NCBI GenBank assembly: GCA_011364925.1 | Contig: RDOA01000007.1 | Span: 6,936-70,935, forward strand | DNA: 64,000 nucleotides | Origin: Promethearchaeota archaeon | Lineage (GTDB): Archaea > Asgardarchaeota > Lokiarchaeia > Sigyniarchaeales > SOKP01 | Direction of reading: 5' to 3' | Position numbers and translations under genes: made by a program | In this document: positions 9,261 to 17,254 of the stretch, piece after piece | Layout: every line of letters starts with the position of its first letter | Position numbering within the stretch: the stretch's first letter is position 1 | Notes under the pieces: model-generated | Told to the model about the DNA's origin: nothing | Databases searched by the model: none | What the model saw: the letters and a program-made list of their open reading frames with translations, nothing else

Positions 9261-10163
9261 ATGCTAAATTTTGAACAAGAACAAAAAGTATTAGAAATTG
9301 GATCGGTACGAATTGGAGGGCAGCCAGGAGAAAACCCAGTTGTTATGATTGCTACCGTTTTCTATACAAATCACGCTGCCTTATTAGACGAAAAAAAAGG
9401 GGAAATTGATCGAGATCTTGTTGAACAAGAATTAAACGAATATTCAGAAATCATAGAGGAAACTGGAATGCAAGGGATAGTTGATATAGTAGGAGGTTAT
9501 CCAGAAGCTTTACTGAAAGAATGTGAATTTGTTGCTGATGTTATCGAATATCCGTTTTTAGTAGATGGCTTAAACGACTCTTCGCGCATTCCAGCTATGG
9601 AAGGGTTAAAAGAAGTGGGACTCTTAGATCGAGCTATTTTAAACAGTATAGATGAATCTACAACAGAGGAGAGCTTAATCAAATTAAAGGAAATTGGAGT
9701 AAAATCCACGGTTTTATTAACTTTTGGAAATAAATATATATTTCCTCAACAGAAAATCGATTTCCTAAAGAATGTATTAATTCCTAAAGCGCAAAAAGCC
9801 AATATTGAAAATATTATTGTTGACACTGCCGTGTTAGATTTACCTTCTATCGGAATCAATGCCGAAACAGCAAGGAGAGTAAAAGCAGAGTTAGGGATCC
9901 CCGTAGGATTTGCTCCTGCTAATGCTATTTATGGTTGGAATTTTGTTAAAAAGTATGGAGATAAAGCTAGATGTGGTGGAATTGCTTCCTTAATGGCTTA
10001 TTGTGTCAATGCTGGAAGTGATTTTGTGCTTTTTGGACCTATTAAATTTTCAAAATGCGTTATACCAGCTATCTCTCTTATCTCAGGCATAAATTCATAC
10101 TATCGAAGGCGAATTTTACGAAAACCTATTTCCGATCGAACCCCATTGAAGCAGATCTTTTAA
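9261..10163 (+). CDS. mtrH: MtrH-family (tetrahydromethanopterin S-methyltransferase subunit H-like) methyltransferase
   Basis: FEQEQKVLEIGSVRIGGQPGENPVVMIATVFY...YPFLVDGLNDSSRIPAMEGLKEVGLLDRAILNSI follows the MtrH N-terminal pattern closely. Confidence 0.8.
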   Translation: MLNFEQEQKVLEIGSVRIGGQPGENPVVMIATVFYTNHAALLDEKKGEIDRDLVEQELNEYSEIIEETGMQGIVDIVGGYPEALLKECEFVADVIEYPFLVDGLNDSSRIPAMEGLKEVGLLDRAILNSIDESTTEESLIKLKEIGVKSTVLLTFGNKYIFPQQKIDFLKNVLIPKAQKANIENIIVDTAVLDLPSIGINAETARRVKAELGIPVGFAPANAIYGWNFVKKYGDKARCGGIASLMAYCVNAGSDFVLFGPIKFSKCVIPAISLISGINSYYRRRILRKPISDRTPLKQIF

Positions 10164-11671
10164 GATATGTATCTAATTAACAAATCTTGTGTTCGATCCA
10201 AGAATTCTTTTACATGTTGATTAATGCTTTCTTTTTTGCTTTCATCGTCTAACAAAAAAAGGATGTACATATCGTAATTTAACACAAGTATTTTCTTGAA
10301 TAAAATAATTGAATCTGAAACTCTAAATGTCGCTTCATCTTTCTCGGTAGCCTTAAAGTTAGAAAATATTTTAAATAACATTGTAAACTGTGGAGCAACT
10401 ACTTCAAAAACATTCAATAATTCTTCAGAATTTTGCATTTCAGTAATTTGCAGTGCTTTAGAATTAAACGATTCTGCTAGCACTAATCCATCACTGCTTA
10501 GGAGTAGGATTAGAGAAGCGTCTGTGGCTAATGAAAATTCTCCAAGGTTATGTTCAACTAAATCTCTATTTGGACTAAGTTTTGCAATACCAGAAGAAAA
10601 GGCTCGCAAAATTGAAAAGATTTGAAAGAGGCTTGTGATAAAAATCTCAGGAGCTCTTTCTGGGGTCAATTTAATTAATTCACTTGTTATGTTTTTAATG
10701 TTCGCTTTGATTTCTTCTGATTCGAGTATGTCAGAATCCCCCTTCGATAATATGTAAATTATTGGTGTGTTTTGTTCCAAATCTGCTAATGCAAGTTTCA
10801 TTTTTTTTAGATACTCTATGCTCTCTTCAAAACGTTTTTTATCGCGGATGTCAATAAAATAGAAAAGCAGGTCTGCTTCGAATAGGTAAATTTGAGCTTT
10901 ATTAAGATATCGTTCGTGATATATTTTTTGTCCACCTAAGTCCCAAATAAATATGGTTGCTCCCAGTGCCTCTATTGAACTTACATCTGCTCCTCTTGTT
11001 GGGCTTAACCCTATCAATTTTGAAAATTTTCTGTCAATAGAAAGTAAAAAACTTGTTTTTCCGCTATTATCTAATCCTGCAAATAAGATTTTCATTTTTC
11101 TCTGAGATGAAATCGGTGTGGAAGGCGTCTTTTCAATGGTTATAATTTTTTTCACTAGATTTCTAAAATCTGATTCTACTTTTTTTTGTTGTGGAATCTG
11201 TTTAGTCAGTTTTTTATCAAAATTAGAGAAGAAATCAATAATGATGTTTTTGAGTCGATTAATATTATTGTAAAGAAAACTCCTTTTTTTCTCGTCAATT
11301 AATATACAAAAGGCACTTGCTGCGGGAATCTCTGTCGTTTCAGTTTCGAAGAAGTGGAAAAATGTGAGAGAAGTTAGTTTAAGATCGGGAAAGGGTATAA
11401 TCCCAAAGTATTGGTAATTTTTTAATACTTCGACCTCTTTATTGTAAACAGCCCCATCTCCTATTAAGAGAGAAATGTTTTTTATTGCGATTTGAGTATA
11501 ATCCCTTAGGGAAATTGCAAGAAGATCTCTCTCTTTTTCCTCTTGACTCATGCTTTCTAACTCTTCGACCTCAAATGGTTGAGGAAACATATAAACTGGT
11601 TGAGGTCCCAGTTTATCGAAGGCGGAAAAGACCATTCCTTTAATGATTGACGATTCGATTAGCTTGTCCAT
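10160..11671 (-). CDS. Three-domain protein: longin-like (uDENN-type) N-domain, Arf/Rag-like small GTPase, C-terminal Roadblock-like domain
   Basis: Longin-like part: VFSAFDKLGPQPVYMFP...IAIKNISLLIGD...YFGIIPFPDLKLTSLTFFHFF. G1 is KILFAGLDNSGKTS, G2 is SPTRG, G3 is IWDLGGQ, and G4 is atypical (ILSKGD). The tail SLILLLSSDGLVLAESF...IILFKKILVLNYDMYILFLL is Roadblock-like. Paralog of 17255..18667. Confidence 0.8.
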   Translation of the reverse strand: MDKLIESSIIKGMVFSAFDKLGPQPVYMFPQPFEVEELESMSQEEKERDLLAISLRDYTQIAIKNISLLIGDGAVYNKEVEVLKNYQYFGIIPFPDLKLTSLTFFHFFETETTEIPAASAFCILIDEKKRSFLYNNINRLKNIIIDFFSNFDKKLTKQIPQQKKVESDFRNLVKKIITIEKTPSTPISSQRKMKILFAGLDNSGKTSFLLSIDRKFSKLIGLSPTRGADVSSIEALGATIFIWDLGGQKIYHERYLNKAQIYLFEADLLFYFIDIRDKKRFEESIEYLKKMKLALADLEQNTPIIYILSKGDSDILESEEIKANIKNITSELIKLTPERAPEIFITSLFQIFSILRAFSSGIAKLSPNRDLVEHNLGEFSLATDASLILLLSSDGLVLAESFNSKALQITEMQNSEELLNVFEVVAPQFTMLFKIFSNFKATEKDEATFRVSDSIILFKKILVLNYDMYILFLLDDESKKESINQHVKEFLDRTQDLLIRYIS

Positions 11672-11755
11672 TCGTTGGAGTTTCTTGTTTATAATTGCTA
11701 ATAATAAAAGGTAGTAAATTTAATTATATATAGCTAGCTTTATTCTAGAACAACA

Positions 11756-12724
11756 ATGCTGGAAAAAATTGCGAACTACATTCGGAATAACAGAAACATC
11801 ATTGAAAAAGAAGAACTTAATCCCATTGTAGAGTTTATCAACGCTAACTCTTACAAGAGTTCCCACATTTTTTCAGACATGGGACAAGATTCTGCGGCAA
11901 TTAAAAGAAACGACGATACGCTTACGTTAGTAACCACCGATAGAATACGAACGAGTTTTATCGAAAGATTTCCATTTGGAGCCGGATTCAGTTCTATATT
12001 GGTTGGTGTTGACGATATTTACGCTTGTGGGGGAACGCCCTTAGCAGCAACGGTTATCATATCTTTCAAGGATAAAAGTGTAGGTCAAAAAATGATTGAA
12101 GGGATTAGTAATGGCTCTCACAAGTTTAAAGTTCCGATTATTAGGGGTCATACCAATACAAAAGATTACTACGAACTAAGCTCTACTTTAATCGGTGAAA
12201 TTAATAAGAACGATTATATTCCTGCTAACACTGCTAAAGAACTTGACGAGATTATTTTGGCTGTGGATTTTGATGGAAAAGTAGGTAGAGCAAGTAAGTT
12301 GCATTGGGATACCGTTACGTATAAATCATCTGAAGAAGTCTTAAACAAAAGGTATGCCATGAATCTTATTGCTCAATCTCATCTTGCCCACTCTTCTAAG
12401 GATGTATCCAATGGTGGAATATTTGGCACGATTTTACAATTATTAAAGTATTCAAGGGTAGGAGCAGCTATCAACATAAATCAAATTGAAATTCCTTCTA
12501 AATTAGTTGCAAAAGGATATGATCTCGAAACTTATGTTCAAATGTTTTTAACTACCTCTTATGTCTTGACCGCAGTTAGCAAAAATTGTCAAAAAATATT
12601 AAAAATATTCCAAGATCACCATATGAACGCGGTTGTTATTGGAAGTATTAAAAATGAGTTTGATTTATCTATTAATAATGGTCAGAATTCGATTAAAGTA
12701 ATTGATTTTAAACATAATATATAA
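11756..12724 (+). CDS. AIR synthase-related protein (PurM/ThiL/HypE superfamily)
   Basis: Motifs: GQDSAAIKRNDDTLTLVTTD...VGVDDIYACGGTPLAATVIISF and SKDVSNGGIFGTILQLL. Confidence 0.7.
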   Translation: MLEKIANYIRNNRNIIEKEELNPIVEFINANSYKSSHIFSDMGQDSAAIKRNDDTLTLVTTDRIRTSFIERFPFGAGFSSILVGVDDIYACGGTPLAATVIISFKDKSVGQKMIEGISNGSHKFKVPIIRGHTNTKDYYELSSTLIGEINKNDYIPANTAKELDEIILAVDFDGKVGRASKLHWDTVTYKSSEEVLNKRYAMNLIAQSHLAHSSKDVSNGGIFGTILQLLKYSRVGAAININQIEIPSKLVAKGYDLETYVQMFLTTSYVLTAVSKNCQKILKIFQDHHMNAVVIGSIKNEFDLSINNGQNSIKVIDFKHNI

Positions 12725-12759
12725 AATTTTAAGAAGAAAATTTAAAACAGGCAATTGCT

Positions 12760-13320
12760 ATGGATTTTGATTTTAAAAAAAGTTTTAAGGGGACAATCTC
12801 CGTTATTGGGACAAGTGAGATCGACGTAGTCACTAAAAAGATAACAATTGAGCTAGGACGATTATTGGCTGAGAATCATTATGCTATTTCTTGTGGAGGG
12901 TTATCTGGAGTAATGGAAGCTGTTTGTAAAGGAGCAAAGCTGGCTAATGGCCTTACAATCGGAGTTATTCCATTTGAAGATAAGTCTTATGCAAATAAAT
13001 ATGTAGATGTTGTAATTCCAGTTCCATTTTCTCAAGCTCGAAACATTATCGTCGTATTGAGTGGTGATGCGTGTGTCGCTGTAGGTGGAAAAGCAGGGAC
13101 GCTTTCTGAAATGTGTTTCGCTTGGATATACGGAAAACCAATTATTGCATTAACAGGTGAAGTTGAGGGATGGTCATCGAAGATGGCAGGAAAAAAAATA
13201 GATGATAGGAGGGGTGACGTAATTTACGAAGCCAAAACTCCTCAAGAGGTAGTTGATAAGTTAAACGATCTCTTTAAATCTCAATCTAAAATAATGTATA
13301 AAATGCCTACCGAATTTTGA
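12760..13320 (+). CDS. TIGR00725-family protein (LOG/SLOG, Rossmann-like, lysine-decarboxylase-like)
   Basis: Motifs: ISVIGTSE...LGRLLAENHYAISCGGLSGVMEAVCKGAK...IGVIP...VAVGGKAGTLSEM. Confidence 0.75.
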   Translation: MDFDFKKSFKGTISVIGTSEIDVVTKKITIELGRLLAENHYAISCGGLSGVMEAVCKGAKLANGLTIGVIPFEDKSYANKYVDVVIPVPFSQARNIIVVLSGDACVAVGGKAGTLSEMCFAWIYGKPIIALTGEVEGWSSKMAGKKIDDRRGDVIYEAKTPQEVVDKLNDLFKSQSKIMYKMPTEF

Positions 13321-13492
13321 TGCAATGAATTTTATTAAAATGCTAATAAAGGCACCTTTTTGAAGGAGTAGTGTGTTTCTTTTTTGAACTTAACAAATGT
13401 TTTTAATATTTAAGTTAAAGATAATTTTATAAGATTGTTTGCAATATTATTCTACATAAGAATATATACAAATATTTTCTTGTGTAGTTCAA

Positions 13493-13497
13493 GGTGA
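13493..13497 (+). promoter_or_regulatory. Shine-Dalgarno-like GGTGA 7 nt upstream of the TTG start at 13505
   Basis: The sequence caaGGTGAaacttttTTG is read directly. Confidence 0.35.
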
Positions 13498-13504
13498 AAC
13501 TTTT

Positions 13505-14473
13505 TTGACAATTCAATATTTAACGAAAGATGAGAAAGACAAGAAGAAAGTTGTTTCAGCGTCAAAGTTGCTCTTTACAGGCTTAGACAACGCCGGAAAG
13601 ACGACAATTATCTACGGATTACAACGAGAATTCTCAAAAATTGCTTTTCTTAAGCCAACACGGGGAGCTCAAAGAAGAATATTTGAATTCATGGGTAAAG
13701 AAATCGCAGAGTGGGATTTAGGAGGACAAGTTTCGTATAGAATTTCCTATTTAAAAAATCCAGGAAAATACTTCGATGACACGGAAATCGCAATTTATGT
13801 GATCGATGTTCAGAATCGAGTGAGACTACCCGAGGCAATAAGTTATCTCAAAGATGTTGTAGCGACATTCAAGAAACTTGAGATTGCGCCCCCGATCTAT
13901 GTTTTTCTCCATAAATACGATCCTGCATTAAGAAGAAATGCTTTAAATGAAATGAAGAATCTTGAAGTAGAAATTAAAGATAAAATAAAACAAACCATAG
14001 ATTATAAACAAATTTTTTATTACAATACAAGCATTTACGAGCTTTCTTCAATTATAAAAGCTATATCAGAGATCCTATTAAGTTTATATTCAAAATCTGA
14101 ATTAATTGAAAAAACTATCGTGGAATTTGGTAAAAAGACATATTCAGATGGAATCGTCCTGCTTGACGATAATTCGTTGATTATCGGTAGTTATTATAAG
14201 GATGAAGAAACTAAGAATCTATTGTCTGCAAGCACGCCTTATTTTCTAACTCTTAACGATAGTTTTATTTTTACCGAGGTTCAACCCAGTCGTCAAGAAG
14301 AGGAAAACCATATGATTGTTCAAAGATTTGGAAGAAATTTCTTATTTAAACAACTGACTTTAAAAGAAGGAATTAACCCATATTACATTCTCATGCTTAA
14401 ACAAGACACTAATATTAATAAAGACGATATAAATTCCTTTTCTAACCTATTAAAAGAGATCTTATACAGTTAA
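13505..14473 (+). CDS. Rag/Gtr-like small GTPase (Arf-like P-loop, HKxD G4) with C-terminal Roadblock-like domain
   Basis: G1 is LLFTGLDNAGKTT, G2 is KPTRG, G3 is EWDLGGQ, followed by IYVIDVQN. G4 is VFLHKYDP (HKxD, as in Rag/Gtr1). The C-terminal ~130 aa (GIVLLDDNSLIIGSYY...YYILMLKQD) are Roadblock-like. TTG start. Confidence 0.75.
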   Translation: MTIQYLTKDEKDKKKVVSASKLLFTGLDNAGKTTIIYGLQREFSKIAFLKPTRGAQRRIFEFMGKEIAEWDLGGQVSYRISYLKNPGKYFDDTEIAIYVIDVQNRVRLPEAISYLKDVVATFKKLEIAPPIYVFLHKYDPALRRNALNEMKNLEVEIKDKIKQTIDYKQIFYYNTSIYELSSIIKAISEILLSLYSKSELIEKTIVEFGKKTYSDGIVLLDDNSLIIGSYYKDEETKNLLSASTPYFLTLNDSFIFTEVQPSRQEEENHMIVQRFGRNFLFKQLTLKEGINPYYILMLKQDTNINKDDINSFSNLLKEILYS

Positions 14474-14599
14474 CTCTTTTCTTTTTTATCTTTGTTTTTG
14501 TCAATATTAATAAAATTGTGTTTTCATACTACTATTATAGTTAAAAGTATAAAAAATTAATAGTTCTGATTTTAACGATAAAAAGAAGAGATAAATAGT

Positions 14600-15598
14600 A
14601 TGATTATTTGCTCTAACTGTGGAACTACAAACAACGAACAAAACGGTCATATATGCAGGAAATGTGGTGCATTGCTCCCAATTTCTGTTAAACCCTCAAG
14701 AACAAAAACTTCATCGAAAAAGTCAGAAAAACCAAAAATTAAAGAGCAAAGAACTCCACCAGAAAAAAAGACGCCTACTACTAAACCAGAAAAGAAACCA
14801 GTTAATAAGGAGTTTAATACGGTGCCCAATGTTTTAGACCTTCACGAAATTCCTAAACCTAATGATCAAACCGAGGAGAAGTACTTGAGAGTTAACGATG
14901 AAAGCGATTTTAGCGAACCTGAAGATGATGGTGAAATTTTGAGAGAAATTCAACCACAACCATTCAGAGGCTCAATAATAGCAGAGAAAGGTGTTTATGG
15001 CCATCACCAGCAAACAGAGGGAGTGACAACTTCAAGGACCCAAGAAATTCCTTCTACTCCTAAAACCGAATCTAGTCTTATAAAACAAAAACAATTAGAA
15101 GAGGACATGACCAAGGTGCTTTCCTTTCTCTCAAAAAAAGTTACAGTTAAACCTCTCGAGTCCGCGAGAAAAAAGGAGGAAGTTAAAAAGAAACCGGAGG
15201 AGGTCATTCCTCCCTCTAGCATGACTGAAATTTTAAAAGATCTTTTAAAACTGGATTTGCATATCGAGGCGTCCGCTATTATAAAGAAAGATGGTACGAT
15301 TTTAGCTTCCGCGATTAGCTCAAGGATATCTGATTCACTTTTTGCTACGATTGGTCAAAATCTATCGATGATTGGTAATGATATTATTAATGGATTGAGT
15401 GCTGGGAACTTATTAAATATCTCAATAAGAGGGACAAATGGCGTTTTAGATTTAGCACCGATAGGATCAAAAGAAACTTTAGGAGACGATATGATTTTAA
15501 TTATTTTCTCACACCCACGAGTTAAAAGCGGAATCATAAATCTTGCCGCATCCAATGTTAGGAAACAGGTTACTCAATATTTAGGCTTGTCAAAGTAA
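14600..15598 (+). CDS. Zinc-ribbon, K/P/E/T-rich disordered linker, Roadblock/LC7 (MglB-like) domain protein
   Basis: N-terminus: CSNCGTTNNEQNGHICRKCG. The linker is ~190 aa. C-terminus: MTEILKDLLKLDLHIEASAIIKKDGTILASAIS...LFATIGQNLSMIGNDIINGL...LLNISIRGTNGVLDLAPIG...MILIIFSH. Confidence 0.8.
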   Translation: MIICSNCGTTNNEQNGHICRKCGALLPISVKPSRTKTSSKKSEKPKIKEQRTPPEKKTPTTKPEKKPVNKEFNTVPNVLDLHEIPKPNDQTEEKYLRVNDESDFSEPEDDGEILREIQPQPFRGSIIAEKGVYGHHQQTEGVTTSRTQEIPSTPKTESSLIKQKQLEEDMTKVLSFLSKKVTVKPLESARKKEEVKKKPEEVIPPSSMTEILKDLLKLDLHIEASAIIKKDGTILASAISSRISDSLFATIGQNLSMIGNDIINGLSAGNLLNISIRGTNGVLDLAPIGSKETLGDDMILIIFSHPRVKSGIINLAASNVRKQVTQYLGLSK

Positions 15599-16387
15599 TT
15601 GTTTTTGCGAGATTATTTTTGAAAGTTTCTCAGTTTTGAAAAAGGGCAAGTTTACTTGCAACTCTTGTAAAAAAGAATTTAAATTATAAACCCCGACTAA
15701 TGGAACTGAATTTTCATTTATCTTAATCCAATTTGATTCTAATGTTACCATTATTGGAATTAGAGTAAATGGTAATCTTTTTCGTAAATCATAATTGATT
15801 CCTAATATGTTCTGGATTAAGTTGGAGAGTACTTCGGGATTTTTTTTTAACGCCACCACTCTTTGGTATTGTAAATTAGCGGCTTTGTTAATCGCGCTGT
15901 AAGAATCTTTCCTTTTCCATTGCTTTGCGTCTATGACGAGTATAATGTTTTGGTGTATACCGATTACATCAATCTCGTATCTTTTTTGAGATGTTTCGTA
16001 CTTCAATGTTGATTTATCAGAAAATCTAAAATTTTTAGTAGTTTTATAGTTATTTTTTGAGAGAATATCTTGGATTAAAGCTTCAAATCCGTCGTAATCC
16101 AATAAATACGACAATTGATTAATATCTACCTCTAGGAATTGCAAACATATAGTAATAAATAGTATTTTGTCAACAACAATGTAATTAATATAGTTCCCTT
16201 TTTGAATAGAAATAAAATCAAACATACTTAAGAATTCGCGGAGCTTGAATTCGCTAAAATCCTTTAAAAAATCAATTTCAGAGATTTCTAACCAGACTTC
16301 GGTTATTTCTGAATTCCCCTCTCTAAGAAGATTATATATTTCTAAGAAAAATTGCTTAATTGAAGGAGAAGAATACAAATCAGACAT
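15590..16387 (-). CDS. PD-(D/E)xK nuclease-fold protein (NERD/Mrr-like)
   Basis: YEIDVIGIHQNIILVIDAKQWKRKD gives the D...(D/E)xK pattern. The 3' end overlaps the convergent gene by 9 nt. Confidence 0.4.
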   Translation of the reverse strand: MSDLYSSPSIKQFFLEIYNLLREGNSEITEVWLEISEIDFLKDFSEFKLREFLSMFDFISIQKGNYINYIVVDKILFITICLQFLEVDINQLSYLLDYDGFEALIQDILSKNNYKTTKNFRFSDKSTLKYETSQKRYEIDVIGIHQNIILVIDAKQWKRKDSYSAINKAANLQYQRVVALKKNPEVLSNLIQNILGINYDLRKRLPFTLIPIMVTLESNWIKINENSVPLVGVYNLNSFLQELQVNLPFFKTEKLSKIISQKQLL

Positions 16388-16456
16388 GATCTATCTTATA
16401 ATAATTATATAAAAGAATGAAAAGAGAGTAATGATATAATGATTATTTCATTAGGA

Positions 16457-16903
16457 TTAATTAGCGTTATTCGCGCTATCAATTAATTTTTTAACTTCCT
16501 TAAACTCGTAGATGACTCCTGAGTAAATGAATTCTTTCAGTTCCTCCTCATCGTGGCATTCTTCTATTTTTTTTTCTAAATCTTTGAATGGAAAGCCTAT
16601 TCGTGTATTTTTCAGGCGTGCAATCTCAAATCCAAATTTTGATAGCGTATAACTAACTAATTCTCTTATAAGAGGTGCTGTAAGTATCTTAAGGTTGGAA
16701 GAAGTGATAAAGCGAAACACATCAAGCGTAACTTTTTCAGCATCCTTCTCAGAAAGGTCTGTCTCTTTTAACAAAGACATGTATATCCGATTTGGGTCAA
16801 ACTTGTTTTTTTTCACTATTCCTGATTCTTTATCTTTATAAAGCACCTCTGGTAAAGAATCATAGATTTTTTCTTCAAACATAATAAAGGATTTTTTATA
16901 CAA
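16457..16903 (-). CDS. Hypothetical protein, possibly ATP-cone-like
   Basis: FDPNRIYMSLLKETDLSEKDAEKVTLDVFRFI...LIRELVSYTLSKFGFE resembles the ATP-cone helix pattern. Weak. Confidence 0.3.
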   Translation of the reverse strand: MYKKSFIMFEEKIYDSLPEVLYKDKESGIVKKNKFDPNRIYMSLLKETDLSEKDAEKVTLDVFRFITSSNLKILTAPLIRELVSYTLSKFGFEIARLKNTRIGFPFKDLEKKIEECHDEEELKEFIYSGVIYEFKEVKKLIDSANNAN

Positions 16904-17254
16904 TTTGATGAAAATTAGTTAAAATAGTAATTATTACCAAATAAAAGCTATTATTAATTTTTTATTAATATAGCATAATCGGCGGAATAACTGTTTTCTA
17001 AGAGCATATTAGTATATATTCAAAATTGCGATTAGTTTTAGAGCGCTTATCTAGATTTTGTTGATTTGAGAATTTTTCTTAAAATATAAGTTATATTTAA
17101 TAGAAAATTCTTTCATAATATATTAGAATAATATAATATTTTAAATCGGTTAAAAAGAATAAGGAAAAGTATATTTTTATGCTAAGAATTGAAAGCAGTG
17201 TTCTTCAGTTATTTCCTTTTAAATCTATAGTAATGTAATGAACTTCATCGAAAT

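Noticed and set aside
10160-10163. Overlapping convergent stop codons (TTAA), and the 9-nt convergent overlap at 15590..15598
   Set aside because: This is genuine but trivial compaction in a dense genome and gives no evidence of regulation.
17179-17238. 19-codon upstream ORF (MLRIESSVLQLFPFKSIVM) before the GTPase gene at 17255
   Set aside because: It is too short and has no conservation evidence, so it could be a chance ORF in a 350-bp AT-rich divergent promoter region.
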